From positions 14,034 through 78,033 of the IMG/VR virus record IMGVR_UViG_3300046170_000449: DNA of 64,000 nucleotides. One strand, given 5' to 3'. A program made the position numbers and the translations under genes. Below, one piece after another: positions 18,694-29,314 of this stretch. How positions within the stretch are numbered: the stretch's first letter is position 1; each line of letters starts with the position of its first letter. The notes under the pieces are model-generated. The model did no database searches and was not told where the DNA came from. It saw nothing but the letters and a program-made list of their open reading frames with translations. The DNA is from a virus.

Positions 18694-19353
18694 ATGCCCT
18701 CATTAAAGGAAGCCCTTAGGCTAATTAAAACTTTTGAGGGCTTTAATGAAAAGGCTTTCTCTGATCCTACAACGGGTGAGGAAGAGTACATCATTGGCTA
18801 CGGCACTACCTACTACCCAGATGGCACGCAGGTGCGTCAGGGGCACCTATGCACAGAGCACAAGGCTGAAGAGTATTTAAAAAACGAAACAGATCTTATC
18901 GCAAGTGAAATTCTTAAGCTGAATCTTGGTTTAGATGCTTGCATGCTTAATGCCCTCGTATCGTTTGTGCATTCAGTAGGCTGGGAACCTTTTCTATATA
19001 GCAGTATTATCGATTGTTGCGAGCAAGAGAATTATGTAGATGCTGGTAGGGAAATTACAAAGTGGGTTTATGGTAACGATCATAAAATAATTGGTACTCT
19101 CGTTGATCGTCGGAGACATGAAGTAGACCTTTTCATGTCAGAGTACAATTCAAATGCCTGGACCTCAAACGATATTTTGCTAAAAGCTTTTCGTAACTAT
19201 ACAGCAGCCCCTTGCCAAGTTCGTGCCATCAGAAAACTACAAGAAAGGGTAGATCCGTATACACTGTCAGAGTTTGCGAATGATTTTGATGTCCACAATA
19301 ATCCTTATATGGATTTTTCATCAGATGAGTTTGACTCTATTTTCACGTTTTAG
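18694..19353 (+). CDS. Lysozyme (GH24)
   Basis: LIKTFEG...IIGYGTT...NALVSF.....KWVY.....L..RRRHE. Confidence 0.85.
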   Translation: MPSLKEALRLIKTFEGFNEKAFSDPTTGEEEYIIGYGTTYYPDGTQVRQGHLCTEHKAEEYLKNETDLIASEILKLNLGLDACMLNALVSFVHSVGWEPFLYSSIIDCCEQENYVDAGREITKWVYGNDHKIIGTLVDRRRHEVDLFMSEYNSNAWTSNDILLKAFRNYTAAPCQVRAIRKLQERVDPYTLSEFANDFDVHNNPYMDFSSDEFDSIFTF

Positions 19354-19385
19354 GCTTAAAATATAAAGACAACGAAGACTAACAA

Positions 19386-19679
19386 ATGGACGAGACAAAT
19401 ACTGATACGCAAAAATTTGATATGCCTTTACATTTAGAGCTTGCAATGCGCAAGGCTGAGTTAGATTCTATGGAAATGACATGGGATCAACTACAGCTTG
19501 CTTTGTTAAACTTGTTTCATAAACGCTTGATCGAAACACAAGCAATCAAAGACATGTTGTTAGCAGAAAATATTGAATTAGAATTTGACGTGCCAACGCA
19601 TATTGAATTAACGCAATTGGCACTGACGACGATGCAAGACGATGAAGATGAAGAAGACTTTCAACCCTTCTTTGGTTGA
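19386..19679 (+). CDS. NblA-like protein (tentative)
   Basis: MPLHLELAMRKAELDSMEMTWDQLQLALLNLFHKRL two-helix NblA-like pattern with acidic tail. Confidence 0.4.
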   Translation: MDETNTDTQKFDMPLHLELAMRKAELDSMEMTWDQLQLALLNLFHKRLIETQAIKDMLLAENIELEFDVPTHIELTQLALTTMQDDEDEEDFQPFFG

Positions 19680-19955
19680 TCAGCTCTTTTTCTTTTTACC
19701 ACGCATACTACGCAGGTGCTCCATTCTTTCCTTCATGGATTGTTTTGGACCACCTTCTTTTTTACCTACTTCTGCACGATCTCCGCGACCCTCTTTCTTT
19801 AAGCCACGTACTTCTGCACGAAGCCTCTTGTTTTCTTCTCGTAATTTAGAGTCACCTGTTTTACTTGCAGGTCTAGCTGCAGGACGAGCCGGACGCTTAC
19901 TTCCACCAGCTGCAGGACGAGCTGGACGCTTAGAAATTGGTGCCATTGTAGTCAC
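19680..19955 (-). CDS. Small basic protein with KRPARPAA repeats
   Basis: ORF and composition. Confidence 0.55.
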   Translation of the reverse strand: MTTMAPISKRPARPAAGGSKRPARPAARPASKTGDSKLREENKRLRAEVRGLKKEGRGDRAEVGKKEGGPKQSMKERMEHLRSMRGKKKKS

Positions 19956-20166
19956 TCAAGTACCTTCCTAGTTTAGAAGTACTACTGCTAATACCAACCA
20001 GGAGGAGGAAGAACATCTGGAGGAATAAGATTTTTCCCGCATCTACGACTGAGATTATGCAGCACTTTTGTTTTATGTTCTCTACTAAGAACAGGTGTAT
20101 GGATGATTTCCCAGGCGACCTCCGCACAAAGCTTTACGGGCAATGGCGGAGGATTGTATTGAAGAC

Positions 20167-20358
20167 TCACCACACGCCAGGAATCAATTGGCCTGTGGAG
20201 GCGTAGGCACCAATAGCAGCCATCACACCTAACATCGCAAACCGCCCGTTAAGGCGCTCTGCTAAAACACTATGCTCTTCAAGTGTTTCCATGACCTTCA
20301 TCTCAGGCTCTTTAGCAAACACGTTGTGTTGTCCGTGTTCGTTCTTGGTTACTGTCAT
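20167..20358 (-). CDS. hli: High-light-inducible protein
   Basis: AERLNGRFAMLG...TGQLIPG chlorophyll-binding motif. Confidence 0.95.
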   Translation of the reverse strand: MTVTKNEHGQHNVFAKEPEMKVMETLEEHSVLAERLNGRFAMLGVMAAIGAYASTGQLIPGVW

Positions 20359-20377
20359 AACACTTAAAAATGTGTTC

Positions 20378-20836
20378 TCAGTCTAAATCAAGAAGCCTGT
20401 TGAGGTACCATTGACATTTCTGAACTGACTGGCGACCACCTTTATATTTTTCTCTCCACAAATATTTAACGCAGTTCCCCTTTAAATAACCTTTATATTC
20501 TTCTGGTGTTAGTTGGGCCTCAATTGCTTCAATGCATTCAATGCCACCATTAGTTGTGTAATGTACTGGATGATTCACATCATCTTTCGTTGCCCAAGGC
20601 ACAGGACAAATACCCCCTGGGCAATCTGAAATATCTTCTTGATTTAAATCGCCAGATTCTGAAGGACTGATCCCGACCGGTTTAAACCAGCCTTCAGCTT
20701 CCTTTGGTTGGTCGTTGCCACTGCTTGCTCTTCGGGGGAGAGCTGCCCCATGTCCACCAAGAGCTGTCGTGGTTGTGGTGTCGCTCCCTGCATTATTCCC
20801 TCTTCCGCCGATGGAATCGCTCCTGTTACTCCGCAT
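20378..20836 (-). CDS. DUF3310 (SaV-like) protein
   Basis: DVNHPVHYT..GIECIEAI...GYLKGNCVKYLWR..KGG. Confidence 0.8.
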   Translation of the reverse strand: MRSNRSDSIGGRGNNAGSDTTTTTALGGHGAALPRRASSGNDQPKEAEGWFKPVGISPSESGDLNQEDISDCPGGICPVPWATKDDVNHPVHYTTNGGIECIEAIEAQLTPEEYKGYLKGNCVKYLWREKYKGGRQSVQKCQWYLNRLLDLD

Positions 20837-21039
20837 CTTGGTTGTGCTCTAGGATCAATAGCTAAATTAGCACGATCCGACATATCTTGCTGAGTTACAG
20901 CTAAACCAGTGTTGTACTGGTCGTACATAGGAACATCATTTGCTTCATTATCTAATGGCTGACCAATATCATTCATATCAACCATGCGTTGACGAAGAGT
21001 ATCGTTCTCTTCCATAAAGGCACTAAGAAAGCCGTCCAT
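20644..21039 (-). CDS. Hypothetical protein (overlaps the DUF3310 ORF 5' part)
   Basis: ORF with a plausible start. Confidence 0.5.
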   Translation of the reverse strand: MDGFLSAFMEENDTLRQRMVDMNDIGQPLDNEANDVPMYDQYNTGLAVTQQDMSDRANLAIDPRAQPRCGVTGAIPSAEEGIMQGATPQPRQLLVDMGQLSPEEQAVATTNQRKLKAGLNRSGSVLQNLAI

Positions 21040-21085
21040 TGTTATATTGTCCTGGGTTAAACTTAATTATAAGTTATAGAATCTG

Positions 21086-21415
21086 ATGGTAGCAGGCACT
21101 TCTGGCGGAGGCGTTAGCGATTTAAATCCTGAAAGAGCTTACGACGTTGACGCTCGTCGCCTAGATGAAACTGAGAGGAGAATTGATCGTGCTGCGGACA
21201 CAAGCAACGATCGCAAGCAAGATCGTGTTGGTAAGTTTCTGAGATCAGCACGTTCAGCTGGAAAGTTTCAACAGAAGCGTCAGATTGATGCACCATGGAT
21301 GAATCGTGAGGGACAAGTCCCTGCGTTCACTGAAGGAGATCAGTTTGGCAGGGCCGGCTCAACGAACTATGCAGATAAACCGCAACCGTCAACCAGTAGG
21401 CTCTATAACAATTGA
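21086..21415 (+). CDS. Hypothetical protein
   Basis: ORF with TAGAAT -10 upstream. Confidence 0.55.
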   Translation: MVAGTSGGGVSDLNPERAYDVDARRLDETERRIDRAADTSNDRKQDRVGKFLRSARSAGKFQQKRQIDAPWMNREGQVPAFTEGDQFGRAGSTNYADKPQPSTSRLYNN

Positions 21416-21432
21416 GCCTTTAACTAGTCTAC

Positions 21433-22017
21433 TTAAACTTTAGATAAAACAACTTTGTAAGGTTGCTTGTTATACTTTCCTTTTCTTTCTAAGTAAGACA
21501 CTTCACAAGGATCACCTTCATAGAACAAGAGCTGACAGATGCCCTCATTAGCATAAATTTTATTAAACAAGCTAGTACAATTACTAATCTCTAACGTTAA
21601 ATGACCCTCCCAGCCTGCCTCCGCTGGTGTAATGTTGACGAGGATACCTGAACGCGCATACGTCGATTTGCCAACTGCAACAACTGTGACGTTCCTGGGA
21701 AGACAAAGATGCTCCATAGCAACGCCAAGGCAATAACCATATGGCGGGATAATGAAGTATTTTCCTTTCTCATCTTCGTGTAGTTCAGTCTCTTTTAAGA
21801 TTTCAGGATCAAAGTTTTTAGCATCGCATACACCGTGTTGGACACCACCAAAAAGAAGGCACTGACTAGGCGACAACCGAATATCGTACCCATAACTCGA
21901 TAAACCATAGCTTAGAATCGGCGTATTGTTTTCTGTGCTTATCAGTTTACCTTGGAAGGGTTCAATCATACCTTCTTCTGCAAATCTTTTGATCTGCTTA
22001 TCGCTTAGAACTGACAT
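21433..22017 (-). CDS. dcd: dCTP deaminase
   Basis: SYGLSSYGYDIRL, GKSTYARSG, TPAEAGWEGHLTLE, YANEGICQ. Confidence 0.95.
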   Translation of the reverse strand: MSVLSDKQIKRFAEEGMIEPFQGKLISTENNTPILSYGLSSYGYDIRLSPSQCLLFGGVQHGVCDAKNFDPEILKETELHEDEKGKYFIIPPYGYCLGVAMEHLCLPRNVTVVAVGKSTYARSGILVNITPAEAGWEGHLTLEISNCTSLFNKIYANEGICQLLFYEGDPCEVSYLERKGKYNKQPYKVVLSKV

Positions 22018-22041
22018 GCTTGCCGCTTGAGTGATCCAACT

Positions 22042-22638
22042 CTACAGCAAAATCCTACCTTTTTCACCGTAGATATCACAAAAATCTTCAGTCGCTTTCT
22101 CAATATTGTCTTTAGGTTGTAAATAAATAATTGCACTAGCGCCTGTAGTGCGAGAGTCTGTCGTGTCATCACCAAAGTAATGGCGTAACAATTTCGGACG
22201 GGACTTTAAAATACACACAGGGTGATCAAAGATATCCTGAGAGTAAATCACAAGATCGATATAGTTAGTAAAAAAGATTGCTTGTTCAACATTCCCGATC
22301 AGCCATTGGTGCTTTAAAGTTTTCCACCAGATAGCAGAGCCTGAAGTCAATGTAGGGGACAGACCCCTGGTTGGAATCCACCGTGCTTCATATTTGTTGT
22401 AGTACAAACAAGCAGGTGGATGGAAACAATAAACCTTTCCAAACCAGCGGGCTTCATTGATTGGATCGTCTTTAGCCGTAAAGAACTTATCAGCTCCTAC
22501 GTAAGTGTTAGCAAACTCTGAGCTAGCAGGATCCAAATCGATGTTACCCATAAGCATATGAGCGCTGTCAATAAGGTCTCGGTTACTGATCCACTCATAG
22601 CCTTCGACTCGGATGTTGTTAGCTCTTCGAACCGTCAT
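22042..22638 (-). CDS. Phage DNA N6-adenine methyltransferase-like protein
   Basis: IDLDPASS..AN..V.A..FFT; W.GKVY.FHPP where NPPY is expected. Confidence 0.65.
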   Translation of the reverse strand: MTVRRANNIRVEGYEWISNRDLIDSAHMLMGNIDLDPASSEFANTYVGADKFFTAKDDPINEARWFGKVYCFHPPACLYYNKYEARWIPTRGLSPTLTSGSAIWWKTLKHQWLIGNVEQAIFFTNYIDLVIYSQDIFDHPVCILKSRPKLLRHYFGDDTTDSRTTGASAIIYLQPKDNIEKATEDFCDIYGEKGRILL

Positions 22639-23006
22639 TCTGAAGCCTGGTTATAGTCGATGTTAAAGTATCGCAGCCCTTGGTGATCGTTGATAATGTA
22701 ACCAGCGCCAGCTGCAGGGTCGATTTTTTGAGCTGCTTCAAGGATCCTTTTAAACGTTTCTTTGAGTTCACCATCAGAGGTCTCTTCAGCAGAGTGTAAC
22801 TCTTTCAATGTTAACCAAAACATAGATCTTTCGCTACTAGTTGGCTGAAAGCACATAACCCCTGGGCCTTCTGTCTCCCAGAATTTAATGCTCTGCTCCC
22901 CCATATCACCTAACAAAAGCTTAATAGTGGCATCAGCATACTTAGCACTGGCAGGATCCATGTCCTTACCAATGACTGAGGCTAACAAGTCTTCGCGTCT
23001 ACTCAT
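22635..23006 (-). CDS. Hypothetical protein
   Basis: Coupled ORF. Confidence 0.55.
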   Translation of the reverse strand: MSRREDLLASVIGKDMDPASAKYADATIKLLLGDMGEQSIKFWETEGPGVMCFQPTSSERSMFWLTLKELHSAEETSDGELKETFKRILEAAQKIDPAAGAGYIINDHQGLRYFNIDYNQASE

Positions 23007-23460
23007 GGCTCAATAGTTTTTGACGGTTTAATACCGTGAGCATCTTTGGTAATGGTTCATAGATAACAACCATCTTTCCTAGGACACCACGTTTTTTTAT
23101 TAGCTTACCATTGTCATCGCGCATTTTGGAAAGTTCGCCTGCCCGTATAAGATACTCGGCAACACAACGCAATCTACGCTTCAAGGGCAGGTCAGCATTA
23201 GGAAAACGACTACAGATTGTCTCTGGAATCATATCAGAAAAGGCCAGTCGTAATCGATTGGCTAATGTCATATTGCTATTTGGATCTTCGATTTCAAAAT
23301 CTCGGATCATTCTGATGTAACGCTGTAGAGTTGCGTCATCAAAAGAACCAGTGGGAGGGAGAAAGGGTGCGACCTGTTGCGCCAAACTTTCTGGTAGATA
23401 CGACTCGTAATTTTTTAATGTTAAAACATCAATCAGGATAGAGTCAAAGCGATGTTTCAT
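22999..23460 (-). CDS. Hypothetical protein
   Basis: Coupled ORF. Confidence 0.55.
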   Translation of the reverse strand: MKHRFDSILIDVLTLKNYESYLPESLAQQVAPFLPPTGSFDDATLQRYIRMIRDFEIEDPNSNMTLANRLRLAFSDMIPETICSRFPNADLPLKRRLRCVAEYLIRAGELSKMRDDNGKLIKKRGVLGKMVVIYEPLPKMLTVLNRQKLLSHE

Positions 23461-23909
23461 TTATTTTGCCCCTCATTTTCTTTTAATGTTTCAAAGAAAT
23501 CTCTATTGTTTTCGTATAGGTTAGGTCCATCAGGGTTATCAAAAGTACGCAGGCTAGCTTCTGGTCCTTTCGAGTATGTCAAAATCAATTGATTCCAAGG
23601 AATCCTGACCATTTCTTTTTTTGTTCCTACAGGGATAACGATGTAATGGATACCTTGAGTCCAACCTTTAAACCTTTGACCAGGTTGTTTTTTCTTACCT
23701 TGTAAGATCCAATTGCGAATCGTCTGATCAGTTACACCTAAACGCTTTGCACACTCTTCTGTAGAGACATATTCATCTGCATAGATTTCAGGACTGACTT
23801 GATCTGTTTCTTTATTTGAATATCGCGAATGCCACATAGAAGCAAGGATATTTCTAATACCTTTAAGTTCTGCGGCTATTGCTTGCAGGTCTTTATTTGT
23901 TTCAGCCAT
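23457..23909 (-). CDS. HTH (excisionase-like) DNA-binding protein
   Basis: YVSTEECAKRLGVTDQTIRNWI. Confidence 0.75.
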   Translation of the reverse strand: MAETNKDLQAIAAELKGIRNILASMWHSRYSNKETDQVSPEIYADEYVSTEECAKRLGVTDQTIRNWILQGKKKQPGQRFKGWTQGIHYIVIPVGTKKEMVRIPWNQLILTYSKGPEASLRTFDNPDGPNLYENNRDFFETLKENEGQNK

Positions 23910-23918
23910 ATCAAATAA

Positions 23919-24392
23919 GTGTTACACTTTTACAAAGATACAACTTTATCCGTGGAAGAGCAAGTACCGGCCAGTCAACCACCTGGTAATTACTACGAAA
24001 ATCCAGAAGGTCCAAGATATCAAAATCCTGCTGAATACGATCAAGCAGCTCAACAACCACCACAACAACCAGGGGTGGTTTATAACCGACCAGATTTCAA
24101 GGCAATGCGAGAACAGGCATTGCAAGATGCCATTGCACAGGTAACTGAAAGGCAAGCTACAGGTCAAGTACCCCAGCAGTTCGTGCAAGTACCAGCTCCT
24201 ATCCCTGCTCCTGTCCCACAGGTTTTACAACCTCCAGCTGCAAAACCTCAAGTTATTTATGTAAGACGCAACTTAACTTGGGCAGAGCTTATTCTTATTT
24301 TTGCTATTTCAACAGGTTGTGTTCTAGGCATCCAAGGCATCTGGACCCTGGCAACAGACATTTTACCAAGGATTGAAATTAAAGATAAATAA
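23919..24392 (+). CDS. Gln/Pro-rich membrane protein
   Basis: C-terminal hydrophobic helix. Confidence 0.55.
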   Translation: MLHFYKDTTLSVEEQVPASQPPGNYYENPEGPRYQNPAEYDQAAQQPPQQPGVVYNRPDFKAMREQALQDAIAQVTERQATGQVPQQFVQVPAPIPAPVPQVLQPPAAKPQVIYVRRNLTWAELILIFAISTGCVLGIQGIWTLATDILPRIEIKDK

Positions 24393-24432
24393 GCCAGCTT
24401 ATAATTAAGTATAAGACTTGGCTTAAAGTAGG

Positions 24433-26652
24433 GTGGCAAATAGAAAAATTACGCAATTTCCAGCGATCAGTCCCATCGACATAGTCGATGATGATTTGGT
24501 AACTCTGGTCTCAGTATTTGAGATTGATCCTGCATTACGTAATAAGAAATTAAATTTTAGTGGTCTTCGTGTTTACCTAGACCAGTATTATATCAACCAA
24601 GGTGAGACGGATCCGTTCACTGTTGGCAACGTATTGGTTACTGGACACGCCTCTATTTATGGGGATCAAAATCTCCGTGGAAATTTAACAGCATCAGGTA
24701 CTAGTTTATTTGAATCAGAAGTAGCAATAAATTCAAATTTAATTGTCGGTAATAATGTTTCAGTAACGGGTAATATCACAGCCAACCAAGTCGATGCTCA
24801 GAATTTACTTGGTGATTATCTTGAAGTAGTCTCAGGTAACTTTACTATTGCTACTGGTACAGTAAGCGATTTTACGAGTGGGTATTTTGATTATGCTTCT
24901 GGTACCACAATCACTGGTGATAATGTCGGCATTGAAAGCGGTACGGTCGTTGACTTAACCGTTATTCGTGGTATTGATGCTGTCAGTGGTTATTTTGATT
25001 ATCTGATCGTTGATGAATTTGTTGTCTCTGGTGTCACTACTACTGGGGATATTAATGCTAACAATATTAATTCAATAGGAACGATTTCAGGAGCCATCAT
25101 TACTGGTGACAGCGGTCAGTTTACTAATATAACTGGAATCCTTGGTGTATTTGATACAGTTTCAGGTGCCACTATTACTGGTAACACGGTTTTATTTACA
25201 GAAGCAACAGGTACTAATTTACGTGTAACCTCGGGTGACTTTAACCAGCTAGTAGCTAGCGGTTTTTATGGGGAGACTGTTACAGGCATTGTAGCAACTT
25301 TTACTGACGCATTTATACAGAATAATTTAACAATCACGGGTAATTTAAATATCACAGGTGACTTAATTGTTGATGAACTTACAGCGATCAGTGGTGATTT
25401 TTCTTACATATCTGGGACCACGATCACGGGAGATACTATTAATGCTGATTTAATTAACGTAGATATATTAAATGCGGCTAACTTAAGTTTCTCCGGGGAC
25501 CAAACGGTTAGTGGTAGTTTTACCATTGTTGAAAATTTATTCCTTAACGGATCAGGTTTTATTGGTGGTGATTTATCTATCACTGGATTGGTTTCTGGTA
25601 CAACTATCACAGGCACCAGTGGTACATTTAACACAATTGTCTCTGCACCTATCATTAGTGGTACAGATGGTTTCTTTGATGTCTTAGTAGTCTCTCAAAC
25701 TGCTACAATCACGGGTGACCTACAAGCACACGACATCACAGCAACTGGAAACCTTGATGTTACTAGTGGTTTGGTTGTTAATGGAACAACAGAACTAAGT
25801 GGAGACCTAAACCTGAGCGGTGATTTCTCTATCGTCAGTGGCAATATTACAGGCGATGGTAACACTACTATTAGTGGTATTGAATATATCCATGCGGCTA
25901 GTGGTTTATTTACTAACGATCTAGATGTTGATGGCAACGTAATTATTTCAGGAAACCTGGACGTAAGCGGTACAACAACTTTTGATGAATTAAATATTTT
26001 AAGTGGATTAGTTGTAAGTGGTGACCTATTCGTTTCTGGTCAAGTCATTGTTGATGACAATGTTATCGTCAGTGAAAATATTACTGCTATTACTGGTATC
26101 TTTACAACAATTACAGGTAATGCTGCAAACTTTACTTCAGGCAGCTTTGTTGATTTAAAAGCTATTACGGTTAGTGGTACAAATTTAAATTATACAAATG
26201 TCACGGGGATCACTATTACTGGTGAAAACCTCTTAGGCACTAACGGTACATTTACTCAGTTAACCGGTGTAACAATTACTGGTTCAAGTATTTCAACAAC
26301 TACTGGACATTTTGATAATTTATTAGTTGGTAATGAAATTATTATTGACGCAGATTTAAGCATCAGTGGAAATGCTTTTGTTACAAGTGGTGTAAATGTC
26401 GGAGGTGATGTCACTGTTAGCGGAACAGTTACTTCGCACTCTGATTTTATAGTACTCTCAGGCCAAGCTGAATTCCCATGGGGTACTCAAACTGCACCAG
26501 GTATTACATTCACAGGTGATTTAAATACAGGTTTCCATAACCCATCCGGTGAAATGATTGATGCAACAGTCAATGGTAAGCGAGGATGGACAATTGAATC
26601 TGGAACAGGAAACAGTGAAGGACGACATGTCTTAACGATTTGGAATATTTAA
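24433..26652 (+). CDS. Tail fibre/spike with repeated SG.TITG beta motifs
   Basis: MANRKITQF N-terminus, many (V/I)SG and TITG repeats, GTQTAPGITF.GD..TG. Confidence 0.75.
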   Translation: MANRKITQFPAISPIDIVDDDLVTLVSVFEIDPALRNKKLNFSGLRVYLDQYYINQGETDPFTVGNVLVTGHASIYGDQNLRGNLTASGTSLFESEVAINSNLIVGNNVSVTGNITANQVDAQNLLGDYLEVVSGNFTIATGTVSDFTSGYFDYASGTTITGDNVGIESGTVVDLTVIRGIDAVSGYFDYLIVDEFVVSGVTTTGDINANNINSIGTISGAIITGDSGQFTNITGILGVFDTVSGATITGNTVLFTEATGTNLRVTSGDFNQLVASGFYGETVTGIVATFTDAFIQNNLTITGNLNITGDLIVDELTAISGDFSYISGTTITGDTINADLINVDILNAANLSFSGDQTVSGSFTIVENLFLNGSGFIGGDLSITGLVSGTTITGTSGTFNTIVSAPIISGTDGFFDVLVVSQTATITGDLQAHDITATGNLDVTSGLVVNGTTELSGDLNLSGDFSIVSGNITGDGNTTISGIEYIHAASGLFTNDLDVDGNVIISGNLDVSGTTTFDELNILSGLVVSGDLFVSGQVIVDDNVIVSENITAITGIFTTITGNAANFTSGSFVDLKAITVSGTNLNYTNVTGITITGENLLGTNGTFTQLTGVTITGSSISTTTGHFDNLLVGNEIIIDADLSISGNAFVTSGVNVGGDVTVSGTVTSHSDFIVLSGQAEFPWGTQTAPGITFTGDLNTGFHNPSGEMIDATVNGKRGWTIESGTGNSEGRHVLTIWNI

Positions 26653-26692
26653 AGTAGAATACATTTATATGTGTTAAGCACAAGGTAAAAAA

Positions 26693-29209
26693 ATGGCTCC
26701 TCAGTACGGCGAAGTTCGCGTTGATTATATTACATATACTACGGGTGTTTCTCCAAACGAAGGAAACGCTACCCTTTATGTTTCTGGTTTAGTAAATAAG
26801 CCAACTTTTAGTGGCGATGTTGTAATAAAAGGAGACCTTACTGTTGAAGGTGATATTGTTGCCTCTGGTGATGTCACTTTTGATCAAGGCTTAACTGTCA
26901 GTGGGAATACAAATTTAAATGTTCTAACGGTAACTGGTAATTCTCAACTTGATGATCTGTTTGTTGGTAATGATGCTACTGTCACAGGCAATACAAACCT
27001 TAAAGGTAATTTAGTTGTAGGTGGTACCACAACAGTCACTGGTATCAGTACTTTTATAGCCGATGGTTATTTCAGTAGTAGCCTTTATGTTAGTAATAAC
27101 GCAACAGTAACAGGAAGCTTATCCGTAGAAAAAATAAGTGTTAGTTCTGGTACTGCTGCAGCACCTACTTATACGTTTAGTGGTGATACAGATAACGGTT
27201 TATATTATGCAGGAACTAACAGTATTGGTCTAGCCACTAATGGCACCAATGCAATATTAATCGACAGCGCGGGCAACGTCGGCATCGGCAGTTCATCGCC
27301 AATTAAACCATTAGATATTCAAGGTCCGCCTGCCGAACTTAGGCTTAACTCTACTTCGAATGCTTATGCTCGTTTTACTCATGCTCATAGCGGCGCATCA
27401 CTATGGACTGTAGGCACTAGAACAGACGAAGATTATTATATTTGGAGAGAAAGTGCTGCTACAACTGCAGATGCCAATGTTCTAATTCCTAGCGGCAACG
27501 TCGGCATCGGAACTAGCTTGCCCAGCGAAAAACTTAGTGTAAGCGGAAATGGTGCTTTTACTGGCAATGCAAGTGCTGCAAGTTTTATTCCCACTGGCAG
27601 CACAACACCTACAAATGGTGTTTATTTACCTGCGGCGAATCAGCTAGCTATCAGCACTAATGGTGTTGAGCGCGTTGAGTTTGGCACCAGCGAAGTGGTG
27701 TTCAATGATGGCGGTGCTGATGTTGACTTCAGGGTTGAAGGCGACACTAAATCTAGTTTGTTCTTGATTGACGCAGGAAATAATAGCATTCAGACCGATG
27801 GCCCTATTGGCGTAGGCGGTGCTAACTATGGAACAGCAGGTCAAGTACTTGTCTCTAATGGATCCAGTGCAGCCCCAACCTGGGAGCAAATTACTCCATC
27901 CGCAGTCTTTGGCTGGGACCACGACGATGATACTTATGGGCTTTATCTGCCAGGTACCAGCATCAAAGTCAGCGACCTTACGGGCGCGGTAGACATTGAC
28001 GTTCAATCGCGAATGCGTCGTTGTGTCATTAACGATGCTGGGGTTGTTCAGTATTACCTAGACGCTGATGACAGCGACATGAAAGCAGGCGATTGGCTTC
28101 GCATTATAGAAACTGAAGCACTTGACACTGCTTATACTGGCACAATTAGTGAAAGCACAAATAGTTCACTTCGTGTCGGTGTACCGGCATGGGCTGCTGG
28201 TACGTTCACCGTGGGGCAGCGTGTTACGAATGGCGGGTACTTGTGGGAATGCCTTGCAGCCACTTCAACGGCTACACCTGCCGCTGGCGCAGTAGCAAGT
28301 GACCTTACAGGTACTGATGGTCAAGTGGTTGTTGAGGTGCCTGCATTCAGCGTACGTTACGGCTTCTTAAATGGTGTTCACACCCGTGAAGTCAAATTGG
28401 GTTGTAACGATGTTCTTATTGCCCAAGGTTTCCGACCACATCCTGCATTTATCAAGACAGACGGTACTTACAAAAGTGCGTTTTATTTTGGGGCTTATCA
28501 CACCTATGCCGATGCTGGCACTGGATCTAGCGTAAGCGGTCAAATAAATACCCGCAACCAAGACCGCAACACCTTCCGCACCGAAGCCGCAGCACGTGGC
28601 ACTGGATGGCATGTATTGTCTTACTTAGAGCTGGCTGCTATTCAAACACTGCTTGTTTGCGAGTTTCAGGATTACAACTCACAAAAAGTGATTGGTAATG
28701 GCTCTGATACTGGCACAACTTATGGAGTGACAACAGGTCAAAGTGATGGTGATGGTAATCACAGCGTCAACAGCACTGATAACGTTTCCAAGAGTGATAA
28801 TTACATGTCATATCGCGGCATTGAAAATCTTTATGGTCGCGCGTGGCAAGTAGTTGACGGCATAAACGCTTATGAGCGAGTGGTCTATTTGACGAATGAT
28901 CAAACAGCTTTTGCAGACGACACTGCTGATGGTTATGACTTTTACGCTCAGGTTCCAATTGGATCATCGTCATACCAGAAAGAGCTACATCCGTTAGCAG
29001 ATGTATTTTTACCGTCTGTTGTGACGGGAGCAAGCAACACGACGTACCTGGGAGATGCTTTCTGGAGCTCTACCGGGTGGCGTATAACCATTGTGGGGGG
29101 CCGTTCCGCCATTGCCTTTGCCGGTGGGGCCTTCTGCTTGGATCTGGAACGTAATTCGGACATTGCGCGCGCGAGCATTGGGTCTCGCCTGGCGTATGCT
29201 GAAAATTAA
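26693..29209 (+). CDS. Tail fibre with C-type-lectin-like receptor-binding tip
   Basis: GNVGIGT repeats, GTAAAP, YRGIENLYG..WQ.VDG, VGG...GAF.L.......IGSRL. Confidence 0.85.
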   Translation: MAPQYGEVRVDYITYTTGVSPNEGNATLYVSGLVNKPTFSGDVVIKGDLTVEGDIVASGDVTFDQGLTVSGNTNLNVLTVTGNSQLDDLFVGNDATVTGNTNLKGNLVVGGTTTVTGISTFIADGYFSSSLYVSNNATVTGSLSVEKISVSSGTAAAPTYTFSGDTDNGLYYAGTNSIGLATNGTNAILIDSAGNVGIGSSSPIKPLDIQGPPAELRLNSTSNAYARFTHAHSGASLWTVGTRTDEDYYIWRESAATTADANVLIPSGNVGIGTSLPSEKLSVSGNGAFTGNASAASFIPTGSTTPTNGVYLPAANQLAISTNGVERVEFGTSEVVFNDGGADVDFRVEGDTKSSLFLIDAGNNSIQTDGPIGVGGANYGTAGQVLVSNGSSAAPTWEQITPSAVFGWDHDDDTYGLYLPGTSIKVSDLTGAVDIDVQSRMRRCVINDAGVVQYYLDADDSDMKAGDWLRIIETEALDTAYTGTISESTNSSLRVGVPAWAAGTFTVGQRVTNGGYLWECLAATSTATPAAGAVASDLTGTDGQVVVEVPAFSVRYGFLNGVHTREVKLGCNDVLIAQGFRPHPAFIKTDGTYKSAFYFGAYHTYADAGTGSSVSGQINTRNQDRNTFRTEAAARGTGWHVLSYLELAAIQTLLVCEFQDYNSQKVIGNGSDTGTTYGVTTGQSDGDGNHSVNSTDNVSKSDNYMSYRGIENLYGRAWQVVDGINAYERVVYLTNDQTAFADDTADGYDFYAQVPIGSSSYQKELHPLADVFLPSVVTGASNTTYLGDAFWSSTGWRITIVGGRSAIAFAGGAFCLDLERNSDIARASIGSRLAYAEN

Positions 29210-29314
29210 GAAAAGCTATACTTATACGGTGATGCCAAGGATCTTTTTGCGGTTGGCTTCGGTAAGCTGATACTGCTAAACTAATAAACGAAAGCGTATT
29301 GCCAGCCAAATCCC

